Position numbers and translations under genes: made by a program
In this document: positions 11,201 to 22,300 of the stretch, piece after piece
How the letters are laid out: each line of letters begins with the position of its first letter
How positions within the stretch are numbered: the stretch's first letter is position 1
NCBI GenBank assembly: GCA_965215765.1
Contig: OZ244118.1
Coordinates: 2,484,598-2,548,597 of the forward strand
Reading direction: 5' to 3'
Source: an uncultured candidatus Porisulfidus sp.
GTDB lineage: Bacteria > Pseudomonadota > Gammaproteobacteria > Poriferisulfidales > Oxydemutatoraceae
DNA: 64,000 nucleotides
Notes under the pieces: model-generated
What the model was told of the DNA's origin: nothing
Databases searched by the model: none
Seen by the model: the letters and a program-made list of their open reading frames with translations, nothing else

Positions 11201-14200
11201 CGAACAGCCCGACATGGTCTGTTTGCCCAGGATTGATCAAAAGATTCAGAACGCTGTGACCACTCCCGTCCAGAGAGCCGGAAAAAAATTCAATCGGAGG
11301 AAAACCCTTTCCGTCTCGCCACTCGTGGCTTTGCTTCGCGTCTATATCGTTTGCCAGCCGATAATGCGCTGCCGTGTCGTAACGCATTTCATGCAACTGG
11401 CAAAGTGTACCGACCTGCCAGGAGTCATCCTCGCTGCCAGAGCCTGCTGCTGTTATCACCGCTGCCCGTGGACACGCCTCAACGTAGGTGAAAATCGGTG
11501 CTATCACCGTTGTTGAGCCTGTGCCCGCCTTGTTTCTGGCAAACACCCTGACTTCGTACCTGGAACCACCTTCCAGGCCTGAAAATTCCACTACGGTCGA
11601 ACTTGACCATTCCTGCTGCGTCATGCGCCGATCTTCTTTCAACCGGCTTTTTGAAAACAGTTGCACGTGGTATGCGAGATCCAGAGCAACTCCGCCTGCC
11701 GGCTCCCCGTACGCGCTGCTGCCCAGAGCGTGTCCGTAGCCGTCAGTAGCAGCCTCGGTAATGGTGACCCGTATTGTCGACAGCCCCGAAGCTGTCTGGG
11801 TCCCCACCACCCCCGGAACTTTCATCAAATGGAAACTTCCCGACGCTGCATCTCCCGCAACGCCTCCTTTTACGCCGCGTATGGAATAGTGAATTTCACT
11901 GCCGCTGGCGTAACGCTCACGCAATTCAGCCATCAATGTATCGTCAAGCGAGAAACGGGATACCTTGGTGTCTCGAATGATTCCGCCCACCTCCACCTCA
12001 AAGGAACTCACGGCAACTCCTTGATGCCACCCCCAGTGCAGCGTCAATCCATCCGTCAAATTCCAGCTTTCCCGGACTGCAATCGGTGCAACGGGAACAT
12101 CCGCAAGCACCCGGAGCACAGGCAGCATGCGGAAGTGCCCGAAGTGCCAAATCCGCGTATCCCAACCCAGATACACGCCAGCTGCCCGACAAAGATTGAC
12201 GGGCAACATCGAGCACTTCATTTGCTCCACGGTGCGCAAATCACTGCCCTGTACTGCACCGTTATCCTTGCCCACCAGGCTGTCCCCGTCGCCCAGCTTG
12301 CTGGCATAACTGCGGGCTATCGTGCCACCGTTGACTCCGACCAGCCTGCCCGACAAATCAGTTCCTCCTACAGCACCAGTGCTATAGGCACTTCTGACCA
12401 AGCCGCTGTTTACTCCCGCCAGTCCACCTGTCTGACTGCCTCCGGTCACTGCACCTTGTGCGTAGCTGTTGCTGAGGCTTCCTTTGTTTTCGCCGACCAG
12501 TCCGCCTGTCTGACTGTCTCCGGTCACTGTGCCTCGTGCATAACTGTCACTGATGTTTCCTTTGTTTTCGCCGACCAGACCCCCGACCTTGTTCTTTCCA
12601 CTCACACGTGCTTGTCCTGCTGTGCTGCCATTCACGACGCTGGCATTTTCCAGGTTCACTCCTACCAGCCCACCTGTCTGACTGCCTCCGGTCACTGCGC
12701 CTTGTGCATGGCTGTTCACGATGGTTCCCTTGTTTACTCCCGCCAGCCCGCCTGTCTGACTGTCTCCGGTCACTGCGCCTCGTGCATAACTGTTACCGAT
12801 GCTTCCCTTGTTTCCGCCGACCAGACCCCCAACCTTGTTCTTTCCACTCACACGTAATTCCAGGACTGCATGGCTACTCACGATGCTGGCGTTGCTTTCG
12901 CTCACACCCACCAGACCGCCCACCTGACTGTCTCCGGCCACTGTGCCTTGTGCATAACTGTTACCGATGTTTCCCTTGTTTACGCCGACCAGACCCCCAA
13001 CTTGATCCTTCCCACTCACACGTGCATATCTGGCTGTATGGCCATTCACGATCCTGGCTTCGTTCACACCCACCAAGCCCCCAACCCCGCGGGCTGCTCC
13101 GACAACATGGATATTCGCGTAGCGGTTGCTGTCATGGCCCTTCATGTAGCTGTCACTGATGGTGCCGCCAAGGTGCCAACCCACCAGACCACCCACGTAC
13201 GCGTAGCCCCATATAGAGTCGGTTCCGGTCACATCTCCATTCGCATGGCTGGAAGTGACCGAACCCCTGTTTTTGCCCACCAGACCTCCGACTTGATTGC
13301 CTCCTGTTACTGCCCCCACCGCTTGACTGCCTACAATCGTGCCACCGTCGTTCTGACCCACCAGACCTCCGGCAACATACGTGTCGCTAGAGTTCTCCCC
13401 AACCCTTACCAATGCCACGCTGTTGCGGATGACACCGCCCTGATTCAGACCAACCAGCCCACCGATGGTTCTGTCCCCGTCAACCTTGCCATCAACCTCG
13501 CTGTCCTCAATCGTCCCCCGATCGTTCAGCCCAACCAGAGAACCGACATTCGCTCCGCCTTTCGTCACAAAATTCACCAGCTTCACGCGCTTCAGCAATC
13601 CACCCTGCAGCATGCCAAACAGCCCTATATTCTCGAATGCTTCGTCTGTTGTGTTGACCTTCAAATTGGAAATCTTGTAACCGTTGCCATCATAAGTGCC
13701 AGAAAAATCCTTGATCGGTGTAAAACCGTTTTTCCAGCCATGCGTCATCGTCGTTGCGTCTATATCCTTGATCTGGACGTAGTGCGACTGGGGCGATGCT
13801 TCCACATCGCGCAAATGGCATGCGTTTTCTACCTGGTAGGGATCACTTTCAGTTCCGGAACCTGCCATGGCCTGCGAACTTGCAGCACACGCGAGCTCAG
13901 GATCCATATAGGGAAATTGGCTGCCGTTGTAATAGGTGTCTCCGTAATTGAGAAGGTTGAAGGCTCTTTCGTCCGCATAAATCCCGCCCATTCCATCACC
14001 GTACATAATGCATGTTCCGTATCCAGGGATCGGCTGGGATGTTTGAATCCCTATCACCAAGCCGGTCTTTTTATAAAATGCGGATGAACCGGACGCTCCA
14101 TGCGTAGGAGAGATGCCCTTATACTTTAAACTTATGCTCCCGCACACTCCTTCGCAGAAAGGCAGGATGCCTCCGTCGCCCCATAGTCTTTCAAACTCAC

Positions 14201-15401
14201 CCCACTGCTGAGGCCTGGAGCCAGCGTGGTGTACGGAGTAACCACTGAATTTAACGGTAGTGCGGGTCTCCCACCCCAACAATTTATAATCTCCGCTCTT
14301 GAACCCGACAAGCCGTCCAACAAGACGCACAATCCCCCAATCCCCACCATCACCACCATGCTTCCGTGGTTTCTTTCCTGCCACGTACCTCATACCGAAG
14401 GCGTATGAACCACCAAGAGTAGTGACGAAGAATCGCAAAAACGGCTTGTCCGCAGCGTTAGTGTCCACTTCAGGGAAAAGGTGAAACGCTGTCAGAATGT
14501 AGGGAGCTCCATCACCCGACTTGTTCTTTATAAAAGTCCCAGTCCCGCAGCCACCACCATTGTCAGAATGGCTGCACAATTTTACGACACCTTTGGTTAC
14601 ATCCCGCACGTAAGCCGGGCTCTCGCTGTTTACATAGTTGTTCTTACCGGGTCGACGCCAAGTGCCTGCGCGCACGCAACTGTCGGCTTGCCTCGGAGGC
14701 GCCAGGTTCCTGATTCCCTCTCCGTATAAAACCCCGTTGTTATCCTTGAATGTGTGCCCCACTTTTTCGACCGAAAAAGGAAAATCGCCTGGTTCCAGGT
14801 GGTAACTGTCCGGAACCCAAAACTCTATGACAACGGTGTCACCAGACACCGGGAACGCCACAAAGCTGCCATCATTACGTGACAAGCCGCGACCCGTGTA
14901 CTCTACGAGCTCTTGATTGCTGTCTCCGGCGGGTGCATAGACATTCACCGACATACCCGGGTCAAGGGGAAAACCAGAAAAATATAACCACAGCCGCAGG
15001 GCAGACGGAGAGCGAATCTGCGCCTGCCAGACATCAAGACCATCTTCCTGTTTGACCAGTGCCCAGTTGGAACGCCTTAACCGGACGTCCCGGGCAATGC
15101 TGGTGTAGTTGACCGTTGTCGCACGAAGCAGTTCACGAATGCGCTCCTGTTCCTGCGTGCTGAAAGATCCCAAGTTCAGTTGCTGTGCGCGGGCAGGATA
15201 CAGAGTTCGAGTGGCTTCCCGGGCATTCCTCCCCTCCGAAAAGGGATGGGACGCGAAGCCTTGTTCTGCCAGAGATTCCTGATCCTGGCCGAAAACAAAT
15301 GAACTCGACATGACGATGGGCACACCCACAAGCAGCCACTTCAGCCAACCATGGCTACCGGAAATCTGCGTACCCGAAAATCTGAAACCTGCTTCTTTCA
15401 T
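5223..15401 (-). CDS. Paralog B: giant secreted protein, 3392 aa. Signal peptide, pro-region, trypsin-like S1 serine protease domain, then 4x (linker + GLUG-motif repeats + FN3-like domains)
   Basis: Uninterrupted 10.2-kb ORF. It has a hydrophobic N-terminal signal (WLKWLLVGVPIVMSSSFVFG|QDQ) and S1 catalytic motifs (CGTGTFI...ILTAFH, DWGIVRL, GASGSSAFY). There are dozens of GGLVG GLUG units and FN3 signatures (YEVRVFARNKAGTG, YSLQVYARNRAGTG). The stop TGA is revcomp of tca at 5223-5225. Confidence 0.9.
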   Translation of the reverse strand: MKEAGFRFSGTQISGSHGWLKWLLVGVPIVMSSSFVFGQDQESLAEQGFASHPFSEGRNAREATRTLYPARAQQLNLGSFSTQEQERIRELLRATTVNYTSIARDVRLRRSNWALVKQEDGLDVWQAQIRSPSALRLWLYFSGFPLDPGMSVNVYAPAGDSNQELVEYTGRGLSRNDGSFVAFPVSGDTVVIEFWVPDSYHLEPGDFPFSVEKVGHTFKDNNGVLYGEGIRNLAPPRQADSCVRAGTWRRPGKNNYVNSESPAYVRDVTKGVVKLCSHSDNGGGCGTGTFIKNKSGDGAPYILTAFHLFPEVDTNAADKPFLRFFVTTLGGSYAFGMRYVAGKKPRKHGGDGGDWGIVRLVGRLVGFKSGDYKLLGWETRTTVKFSGYSVHHAGSRPQQWGEFERLWGDGGILPFCEGVCGSISLKYKGISPTHGASGSSAFYKKTGLVIGIQTSQPIPGYGTCIMYGDGMGGIYADERAFNLLNYGDTYYNGSQFPYMDPELACAASSQAMAGSGTESDPYQVENACHLRDVEASPQSHYVQIKDIDATTMTHGWKNGFTPIKDFSGTYDGNGYKISNLKVNTTDEAFENIGLFGMLQGGLLKRVKLVNFVTKGGANVGSLVGLNDRGTIEDSEVDGKVDGDRTIGGLVGLNQGGVIRNSVALVRVGENSSDTYVAGGLVGQNDGGTIVGSQAVGAVTGGNQVGGLVGKNRGSVTSSHANGDVTGTDSIWGYAYVGGLVGWHLGGTISDSYMKGHDSNRYANIHVVGAARGVGGLVGVNEARIVNGHTARYARVSGKDQVGGLVGVNKGNIGNSYAQGTVAGDSQVGGLVGVSESNASIVSSHAVLELRVSGKNKVGGLVGGNKGSIGNSYARGAVTGDSQTGGLAGVNKGTIVNSHAQGAVTGGSQTGGLVGVNLENASVVNGSTAGQARVSGKNKVGGLVGENKGNISDSYARGTVTGDSQTGGLVGENKGSLSNSYAQGAVTGGSQTGGLAGVNSGLVRSAYSTGAVGGTDLSGRLVGVNGGTIARSYASKLGDGDSLVGKDNGAVQGSDLRTVEQMKCSMLPVNLCRAAGVYLGWDTRIWHFGHFRMLPVLRVLADVPVAPIAVRESWNLTDGLTLHWGWHQGVAVSSFEVEVGGIIRDTKVSRFSLDDTLMAELRERYASGSEIHYSIRGVKGGVAGDAASGSFHLMKVPGVVGTQTASGLSTIRVTITEAATDGYGHALGSSAYGEPAGGVALDLAYHVQLFSKSRLKEDRRMTQQEWSSSTVVEFSGLEGGSRYEVRVFARNKAGTGSTTVIAPIFTYVEACPRAAVITAAGSGSEDDSWQVGTLCQLHEMRYDTAAHYRLANDIDAKQSHEWRDGKGFPPIEFFSGSLDGSGHSVLNLLINPGQTDHVGLFGKLSGGALQRLALVNVTVRGRDATGALAGSVEANGSINGSTVTGLIGGRRRVGGVAGENHGLIELSHSESAVVGTTTVRWHGNTIGGLVGWNAWGARIRSSYARGGVSGASSVGGLVGANEASIYHSHAQSTVSGHQYVGGLVGNNYGFISGSYSAGAVSGVEDVGGLAGNHNSNSIVDSHSDSTVVSEGNSVGGLAGLSSGSILRSHATGAVSGNEQVGGLVGESRYGSIDDSYATGSVSGNEQVGGLAGNSERSTDNNIRIDDSYAAGLVSGNNQAGMLVGYSEGTDMAANYALEPGVGSSALQLVGSGEEDATENNFSRTLAQLQCPLLPGDTCQGAVSYSGWSTQVWYFGDEQTLPAHRALRTVPPAPPSRLQAKWNLEGELELNWTAAKTGSLNAGYWVEVAGRSLETRSASFTLGRHLLQSLRSEYRGSTVQVSVRGYNRHGMSEATTVVIRLLRAPGKLTVVRASAQAFSLQVLLMAPADDGYGQSPEDPAYGYTGVGVPAGLGYRVRLYAGGELVQERELAHTAGETSAVVEFSGLASDSFYEVVATPYNNVGEGSSFFLSAFTRPWQCDGEALMSAGGSGGSGSEDDPWQIATLCQLQGIRSAPVAHYRLASDIEAGPSRDWRAGEGFAPIADFSGSLDGAGHQIFHLKVRSEAMEDVGMFAQLQGGLLQQVVLVNAQLWGSVNVGALAGRNEGGRIVNSGVTGSLFGGQVAGGLVGINAGTISGSAAQLAAEPGGQVAGGLVGRNLVTGSIDTSYAGGSVSGAVRAGGLVADNLGSVTDSYTTAFVTGEGLVAGLVADNQGAVSRSYAAGSVSGAGQPGSFAGSSPGGITDSYAAALPRGNGGGMPFVADDAGQGSGFLRTLQQLRCPTAPGLACAGRSTYSGWSAEIWSFGDYRTLPVLRGFETPGKPLRLLAQWKSPSSLLLRWEPPLHTKELIAYRIEAPSIAAEETASLYYVGGSDWLQKLRARYEGGNTLFLTVRGYNLYGVGEAARVSVRLLDVPDSPADMRVEQGVSTLRLSFTAPANDGYGRRPVDADYATSAEAMALHLAYRIRLYASGELVEERDIPLGNPLSPVTMEFTGLESAFAYRLEAFAHNTVGTGSPSTIRAVTSFPGCVGKGLKSASGDGSNNNPWQIATLCQLQDVRSDLYAHYVQVANIDASPSRGWSGGAGFHPIEPFSGAFDGAGRQISALHINRPETDTVGLFSRLAEDGIAKGVVLLDAWVKGKNSVGALVGFNDGTVMNSVVRSAQVSGSRAGANIGGLAGGNGGLLIDSGASAEVDGGRYVGGLVGYVKAKGRVVGSTVRASQVRALESAGGLAGLALGATILYSSADAAVRVSGEGRDNAGGLVGYSQGSTILHCYATGSAIAVDGSRAGGLVGYSGSTIAYSYADVSVSGDSRIGGLVGINSGSVHASYALGEVRGHFSIGGLVGNNIRRIQDSYAANRVVGESGSTGSLAGYSAPDAVIDRSYAPVSAQAALVGNGSSGGSSPRTLTQLRCPTAVGQRCADATTYAGWEPEVWHFGNTRTLPLLRAIADIPATPVDLAVSWESPDHLRFTWAAGSSAVDSYELELAGTIREVTAPTFDFNGDFLAEFRKNRQGACPHPYRLRAVRGDIAGYPAAGHFYLPGLPGATTITDLVPGQTTARLVLMVMGHDDCAPLAGDALASSSDRVAGSGFGYVVVVSAGGRSTETFFSAGAFDAEIEITDLLPKRSYSLQVYARNRAGTGEPAQASENRSAFSTIAVPGRPSGLRARWKSVDQVNLSWEAASSNGAMIDSYQLFVDGKSHPVSGTATSYVLSGHVLAQLRKKHAGGEQIRYSLRAVNRAGTGAMSTAAFTLLDVLEGTLAMQLMHKANGRVQVHLQYSGNDGYGRTADHADFGAPVDGILLGLGYRVQLLSYGELIEEQSVAMPTPGGAVRTEFTGLQGGVAYEVRAFPLDSVAELPGVSQFINWDPEIPTTPRPGPHHVKKLRLRVFLGGMIR
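12250..13600 (-). repeat. Intragenic GLUG-motif repeat block 1 of paralog B
   Basis: ~26-27-aa units QVGGLVGxNKGxIxNSYAxGTVTGDSQTGGL are repeated more than 12 times. DNA units are ~80 bp. Bounds are approximate. Confidence 0.5.
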
Positions 15402-15590
15402 TGTGAATGCTTAGGAGCCATGCGGGCGGAGAAAAGAGAGCCTGACCACACTGAGACATAAAATTCCCTGCACCACATTCGCTATCTGTTCTCCATGGCT
15501 GACGCACTGAGCGATCCTCTGGCTCTGACCTTCACTCACTCTCTGATGTCCCAGCACGGCTGTACGCACAGGGAAATCACTAGTGGGTTA

Positions 15591-15619
15591 ATTGTACAAA
15601 ATAACGCCCAATCCGGCAA
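15591..15619 (-). promoter_or_regulatory. Sigma70-like promoter TTGCCG-N17-TACAAT for paralog B
   Basis: attgta at 15591-15596 and cggcaa at 15614-15619 on the plus strand give a 17-nt spacer. The element sits ~190 nt upstream of ATG 15401 with no extra modules in between. Confidence 0.45.
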
Positions 15620-15964
15620 ATTATTATTAAGAAGATACCGACCCCATCCGACCGGAAAACCCCGAAAACAGCACCAAGGTGTACTGTCTTATTTGTGAGC
15701 TTTTTGGTCTATAAGGGGGTGAATCAGTGGCAATAGTCGGCACTGCGACTTCCTGTTTTTAACCGCGAAAAACGTGAAAGTTGGTATTTGCAATTCGTAT
15801 GATTTCAGTTTTGGGGCAGCTTCCAAAGTTCACCGAAAGCCCCAATTCAAGGCCTGTTGTTTTAAGACAATTCAACAGTTGTGCTTCATGTTCATCAGTA
15901 ATGTTTGTCATGGCAGATATAGTCAGGCTTATGGACTTGCTTTAAAGGTTCACCCTCTGTGCCT

Positions 15965-16309
15965 TGAAAGGAATGCTCCTTTCAGAAAACTCCTTCTCCA
16001 GACACTCCTGGCACACTGCCCCAAGTAAGCCACACCTCATTTCCCTGAATCGCATGGCATTCATCAGAAAACAAAATCTTTTCGTGTTTTTCGCGGTTAT
16101 TAAACTCGTGGTTCATAGTTCTCTCGCCAGTTGCCCGGGCTCTTCACCAAAGGAATGCTCCTTATGAAAAATTCCTTCTCCGGACACTCCTGGCACACCG
16201 CCTCAAGAAAACCACAACCCCACTTCTCTGAATCACATAGCATTCATCAGAAAACAAAACCTTTTCGTGTTTTTCGTGTTTTTCGCGGTTATTAAACTCG
16301 TGTATGACC
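15965..16309. repeat. Two tandem copies of the ~186-bp unit directly downstream of the paralog C stop codon
   Basis: The same unit as at 4520..5222. The second copy has an internal ttttcgtg duplication. Confidence 0.75.
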
Positions 16310-19300
16310 TTAGCGAACCATACCGCCCAGGAACGCTCTCAGGCGCAATTTCTTGACGTGATGCGAACCTGGTCTCGGCGTCGTCGGAATCTCGGGATCC
16401 CAGTTGATAAACTGCCTCACTCCTGGCAGCTCAGCCGCGCTGTCCCGGGGAAATGCCCGGACTTCGTACGCAACACCACCCTGTAGCCCCGTAAATTCTG
16501 TCTTGACGGCTCCCCCGGGTGTCGGCATCGCAACAGACTGCTCCTCTATCAGTTCTCCGTACGAAGGCAGTTGTACCCGATACCCCAAGCCGAGCAATAT
16601 TCCGTCAACCGGGGCACCGAAATCAGCATGATCCGCAGTGCGTCCATAGCCATCATTTCCCGAATATTGCAAGTGTACCTGCACACGACCATTCGCCTTG
16701 TGTATCAGCTGCATGGCCAATGTTCCCTCAAGAACGTCGAGCAAAGTAAATACCGCCGTACCCATCACGCCCGCTCCGGCACGATTGACTGCCCAGAGCG
16801 AATAGCGTATCTGCTCTCCTCCTGCATACATATTACGCAGTTGCGCCAAGACATGGCCTGACAACACATAAGAAGTGGCGGTTCTTGTGCTCGGGTGGCT
16901 TTTCCCGTCCACGGAAAGCTGGTAGCTGTCTATCGTCGCCCCGTTGCTGCTCGCCGCTTCCCAACTCAGGTTCACCCGGTTTGTGGACTCCCACCTGGCT
17001 CGCAAGTCTGAAGGTTTGCCAGGTGCCGCTATGGTGCTGAACGCGCTCCTGTTTTCGGATGCCTGGGCGGGCTCCCCGGTGCCCGCCCGGTTGCGCGCAT
17101 AGACCTGTAACGAATAGCTTCTCTTCGGCAGCAAGTCGGTGATCTCAATCTCGGTGTCAAAAGCACCTGCCGAGAAAAAGGTCTCGGTGCTGCGTCCTGC
17201 GGCACTCACAACCACCACGTAGCCAAAGCCTGTGAGCATGGCGTAGTCAGGTGAAGTCGCCAGGGAAGCGCAATCGCCATATCCCATGGTCGTCAACACC
17301 AGGCGCGCAGTGGTTTGACCGGGCACCAGCTCCGTTATCGTCGTCGCGCCCGGAAGACCGGGCAAATAGAAGTAAGCGGCTGCCTGATAACCAGCGACAT
17401 CTCCGTGTATAGCGCGAAGACGGTACGGGTGGGGGCAAGCCTCTTGCTTGTTTTTCCGAAACCCGGCCAGAAAATCTCCGTCAAAGTCAAAAGTCGGAGC
17501 TGTGACCTCCCGTATTGTTCCTGCCAGTTCAAGTTCGTACGAATCAACCGCTGGACTTCCCGCCGCCCAAGTGAAGCGCAGATGATCCGGAGATTCCCAG
17601 CTCACCGCCAAATCAACCGGTGTGGCAGGAATATCGGCAAGCGCGCGCAGCAAGGGCAACGTGCGGGTATTGCCAAAATGCCAGGCTCCCGGTTCCCAGC
17701 CGGCATAAGTCGTGGCACCTGCGCATCTCTGCCCCGCCGCAGTCGGGCAACGCAGCTGGGTCAGAGTGCGAGGTGAAGAGCCATCCGTTGAGCCATTGCC
17801 CACCAAAGATGCCTGTGCAGACACGGGTGCGTAACTGCGATCAATCACCGCATCCGGAGCAGAATAACCTGCCAGACTCCCGGTGCTGCCCGACTCCCCA
17901 ACAACCCTGTTCACCGCATAGCTGTCCTGAATGCGGCGGATATTGCTTCCGACCAACCCCCCGGTGATGGAGCGACCCCGTACCTCACCGAGTGCATAGC
18001 TCGCATGGACAGAACCGGCGTTGATGCCCGCCAGTCCGCCAACACGATCAGCTCCGCTGACTGACACGTCGGCATAGCTGTAGGCAATGGTGCTTCCGCT
18101 GTAGCCGACCAGACCGCCGGCGCGCGAGCCGTCTACAACGATGGCCGAACCTGTCGCGTAACAGTGCAAAATCGTGCTTCCCTGGCTATAGCCAACCAGA
18201 CCGCCAGCATTGCCCCGCCCTTCACCCGAGACGCGCACCGCCGCGTCGGCACTGCTGTGCAAAATAGCGGCTCCCAGAGCCAGGCCAGCCAGACCGCCGG
18301 CAGACTCAAGCGCGCGTACTTGTGAATCCCTCACCGTGCTGCCCACGACCCGACCTTTTGCTTTCACATAACCGACCAGACCGCCGACGTATCTGCCCCC
18401 GTCAACCTCGGCACTGGCACCACTGTCAACCAGTAATCCTCCGTTGCCACCCGCCAGCCCGCCAATGTTGACTCCGGCTCTGTTGCCGGAAACCTGTGCA
18501 GACCTCACGACGCTGTTCATGACGGTTCCGTCGTTAAAGCCGACCAAAGCTCCGACGCTGTTTTTTCCTTTTACCCACGCATCAACGAGCACCACTCCCT
18601 TGGCGATCCCGTCTTCTGCGAGTCTGGAAAACAGGCCAACCGTATCCGTCTCCGGGCGGTTAATGTGCAGAGCAGAGATTTGCCGCCCTGCCCCGTCGAA
18701 AGTGCCTGAAAAGGACTCTATCGGATGAAAACCGGCGCCGCCTGACCACTCCCGACTCGGGCTGGCGTCAATATCTGCCACCTGCACATAGTGAGCGTGC
18801 AGATCAGAGCGCACATCCTGCAGTTGGCACAACGTGCCAATTTGCCACGGGTTGTTGTTGCTGCCGTCACCCGATGCACTCTTCAGACCCTTGCCTGCGC
18901 ATCCCGGAAAGCTGGTCACCGCCCGGATCGTTGACGGCGATCCGGTGCCCACCGTGTTATGGGCGAAGGCTTCCAGCCGATATGCAAAGGCACTCTCAAG
19001 CCCCGTAAATTCTATCGTGACCGGGTTCAGAGGACTCCCCAGCGGAATGTCGCGTTCTTCAACCAGCTCCCCGGTCGCATACAGACGTATTCGGTAAGCC
19101 AGGTGCAAAGCCATGGCTTCCGCTGACGTTGCGTAATCAGCGTCACCCGGTTTGCGACCGTAGCCGTCATTGGCCGGGGCTGTAAAGCTGAGTCTCAGCG
19201 TGGAGACCCCCGGCACCACGCGCATATCAACCGGAGAATCAGGAACATCCAGCAGGCGCACGGAAACACGGGCAGCTTCGCCAACACCATAAAGGTTGTA

Positions 19301-22300
19301 GCCGCGAACCGTTAAAAAGAGCGTATTCCCGCCTTCATGACGGGCGCGCAGCTTCTGCAACCAGTCTGATCCTCCCACGTAGTACAACGATGCGGTTTCC
19401 TCAGCAGCGATCGATGGAGCCTCAATCCGGTAAGCGATCAGTTCTTTGGTGTGAAGCGGAGGCTCCCAACGCAGCAACAAGGAAGACGGGGATTTCCACT
19501 GCGCGAGCAGGCGCAAGGGTTTGCCAGGAGTCTCAAAGCCCCGCAAAACCGGCAGTGTCCTGTAATCTCCGAAAGACCAGATCTCGGCACTCCAGCCTGA
19601 GTATGTTGACCTTCCCGCACACGCCAGGCCGGGGGCGGTGGGGCAACGCAGTTGCTGCAGCGTCCGCAAGGAGCCTGATCCCTGCCCGGTGTCATCTGCC
19701 ACAAAAGGCACGCTGCCACCATTGCCGCCATTGACGCGAGGCAACGCTGCTGCGTAGCTGTCGGTGATGCCTCCCGAACTGCTGCCGGCAAAACCTCCAG
19801 GCTGTCCGGCTCCGGACACCGACCCTGCCGCATAGCTGCGGCTGACTGTGCCTTGATTGTTTGCCACAAGACCTGCAACCAGACCTTCCCCGGTCACAAA
19901 AGCTGTTGTGTAGCTGTCAGTCACCGAGCCCAGGTTGTCTGCGACCAGACCACCCGCCCGAACTGCTCCTGACACCGAGCCTCCGGCATAGCTTGTATCA
20001 ATACTCCCGACTGTCAGGTTTTTCCCGACCAGACCACCTGCAACCTGAGCTCCCGGCTCTGTCGTCAGTTGAGCCGCGCTGCCGCTGATCGTGCCTGCGT
20101 TGATGCCAACGAGTCCTCCCGCCACTTGCCCGCCAAAAAGTGAGCCCGTCACCCCGCTGTTCACGATCCTTCCTCCCTCGTTCCTGCCCGCCAGGGCACC
20201 CACATTGACGCTTCCCCAAAGCTGCGCGTTCACCAGCACGACCTGCTGCAACAGACCACCCCGAAGCTGCGCAAACATGCCGACATCTTCCAGCGCATCA
20301 GAGCGCACCCATAAGTGGAAAATCTGATAACCGGCACCGTCAAGGGAACCGGAAAAATCGGCGATCGGTGCAAAACCTTCTCCGGCTCGCCAGTTCCGGG
20401 ATGGGCCTGCCTCAATATCGCCTGCCAGCCGGTAGTGAGCTGCAGGAACAGAGCGAATGTCCTGCAATTGGCACAGCGTGGCAATCTGCCAGGGATCGTC
20501 CTCGCTGCCCGAGCCGCCCGAACCGCCTGCCGATGCCAGGGCTTCTCCGTCGCACTGCCAGGGACGGGTAAATGCCGACAGGAAAAATGACGACCCTTCT
20601 CCAACATTGTTATAGGGTGTTGCCACCACTTCATAGAAGCTGTCGCTTGCCAGACCCGAAAATTCAACAACTGCAGATGTTTTGCCAACTGTGTGCGTAC
20701 GCTCCCGCTCCTGCACCAGTTCTCCCCCGGCGTACAACCGTACCCGGTAGCCCAGACCTGCGGGAACCCCGACACCCGTGTATCCGTAAGCCGGGTCTTC
20801 CGGTGATTGGCCGTAGCCGTCGTCAGCCGGAGCCATAAGCGACACACGCAGTGAAAACGCTTGCGCCGATGCCCGAACGACCGTCAATTTGCCTGGGGCT
20901 CTCAGCAGTCTGATCACAACCGTCGTCGCTTCGCTCATGCCATGGCGGTTATATCCACGCACGCTGACTTGCAAGGTACTGCCCCTATATTCGGAACGGA
21001 GGCTTTGCAACAGGTGCCTGCCGAAGGTAAAAGATGCGGACTCCGTTTCCAGGGAACGCCCTGCCATCTCCACCCAATAGCCGGCGTTCAGGCTTCCTGT
21101 TTTCGCGGCTGTCCAGCTCAGTTCCAGATCACCTTCCAGGTTCCATCGCGCCTGCAGGCGGGAAGGGGGAGCAGGTGGCACTGCTTGCAGGGCGCGATGG
21201 GTCGGGAGCGTCTGCTCGTCCCCGAAATACCAGATTTTGGTGCTCCAGCCGGAGTAGCTGACTGCTCCCTGGCACGTGTCTCCCGGCAAAAGGGGACACT
21301 GCAATTGCGCCAGCGTGCGGGAAAAATTGTTTTCTGTGGTGTCGTCTTCCCCGCTGCCCACGAGTTCCAGCGCGCTGCTGCCGGCACCCGGCTCCAAGGC
21401 GTAATTTGCAGCCATATCGGTGCCCACGGATTGCCCCACCAGCATGCCCGCCTGATTGTTCCCGTTAACCAGACCAGTCGCATAACTGTCTTCAATACTG
21501 ATGTTTCTGCTGTAGTAGAGTTCACTGTTTCCCACCAGGCCGCCTATCTGCACATTCCCGCTGACCAAACCAGTCGCATAGCTGTCGTCAATCGAGCCGT
21601 ACTTGGTTTTTCCCACCAGTCCACCTACCTGATCAGTTCCACTGACCGCTCCGGTCGCATGGCTTCTGAGGATTGACCCTGAACTCATGCCCACCAGACC
21701 TCCCACATGGTTCCCCGCGCTGATAACCTTGCTGTCCGAGTGGCTGTCAGCTATGGAATAGTAATCGTTCCAGCCCACCAGCCCGCCCACATTTCTCGTT
21801 CCGCTGACCACTCCTGCCGAATAAGAGCCGAATATAAAGCCAACGTTATAACCCGCCAGCCCGCCCACAGAAGAACGCCCGCTCACCGTTGACTGCGCTT
21901 GGCTGTGGTAGATCGGAGCTTGATTGAGCCCTACCAGTCCACCAATATTGTCTGCTCCGCTCACACTTCCTCTCGCGTGCGAACTGCGTATCCTCGCGCC
22001 CGAGAAGTTGGCACCCACCAGTCCGCCTATTGTGTTGCCGTGCCCCTGGGAATCAACCGTTCCGGCAACGGTAGACTCCGAATGGCTGAGCTTGATCAAG
22101 CCATGGTTCTCACCTGCCACTCCTCCCACACGATCCCGACCGCCTATCAACCCCGTTACCGTGCTGCCCTTGATGCTTCCATTTGCCGCAACGCTTCCTG
22201 CCAGGGCTCCTGTTGCATCTCTGCCCCATACTGTGACATTCACTAGCGCCAGCCTTTGCAGAGCACCACCGCTGAGTTTCCCGAACAGCCCGACATGGTC

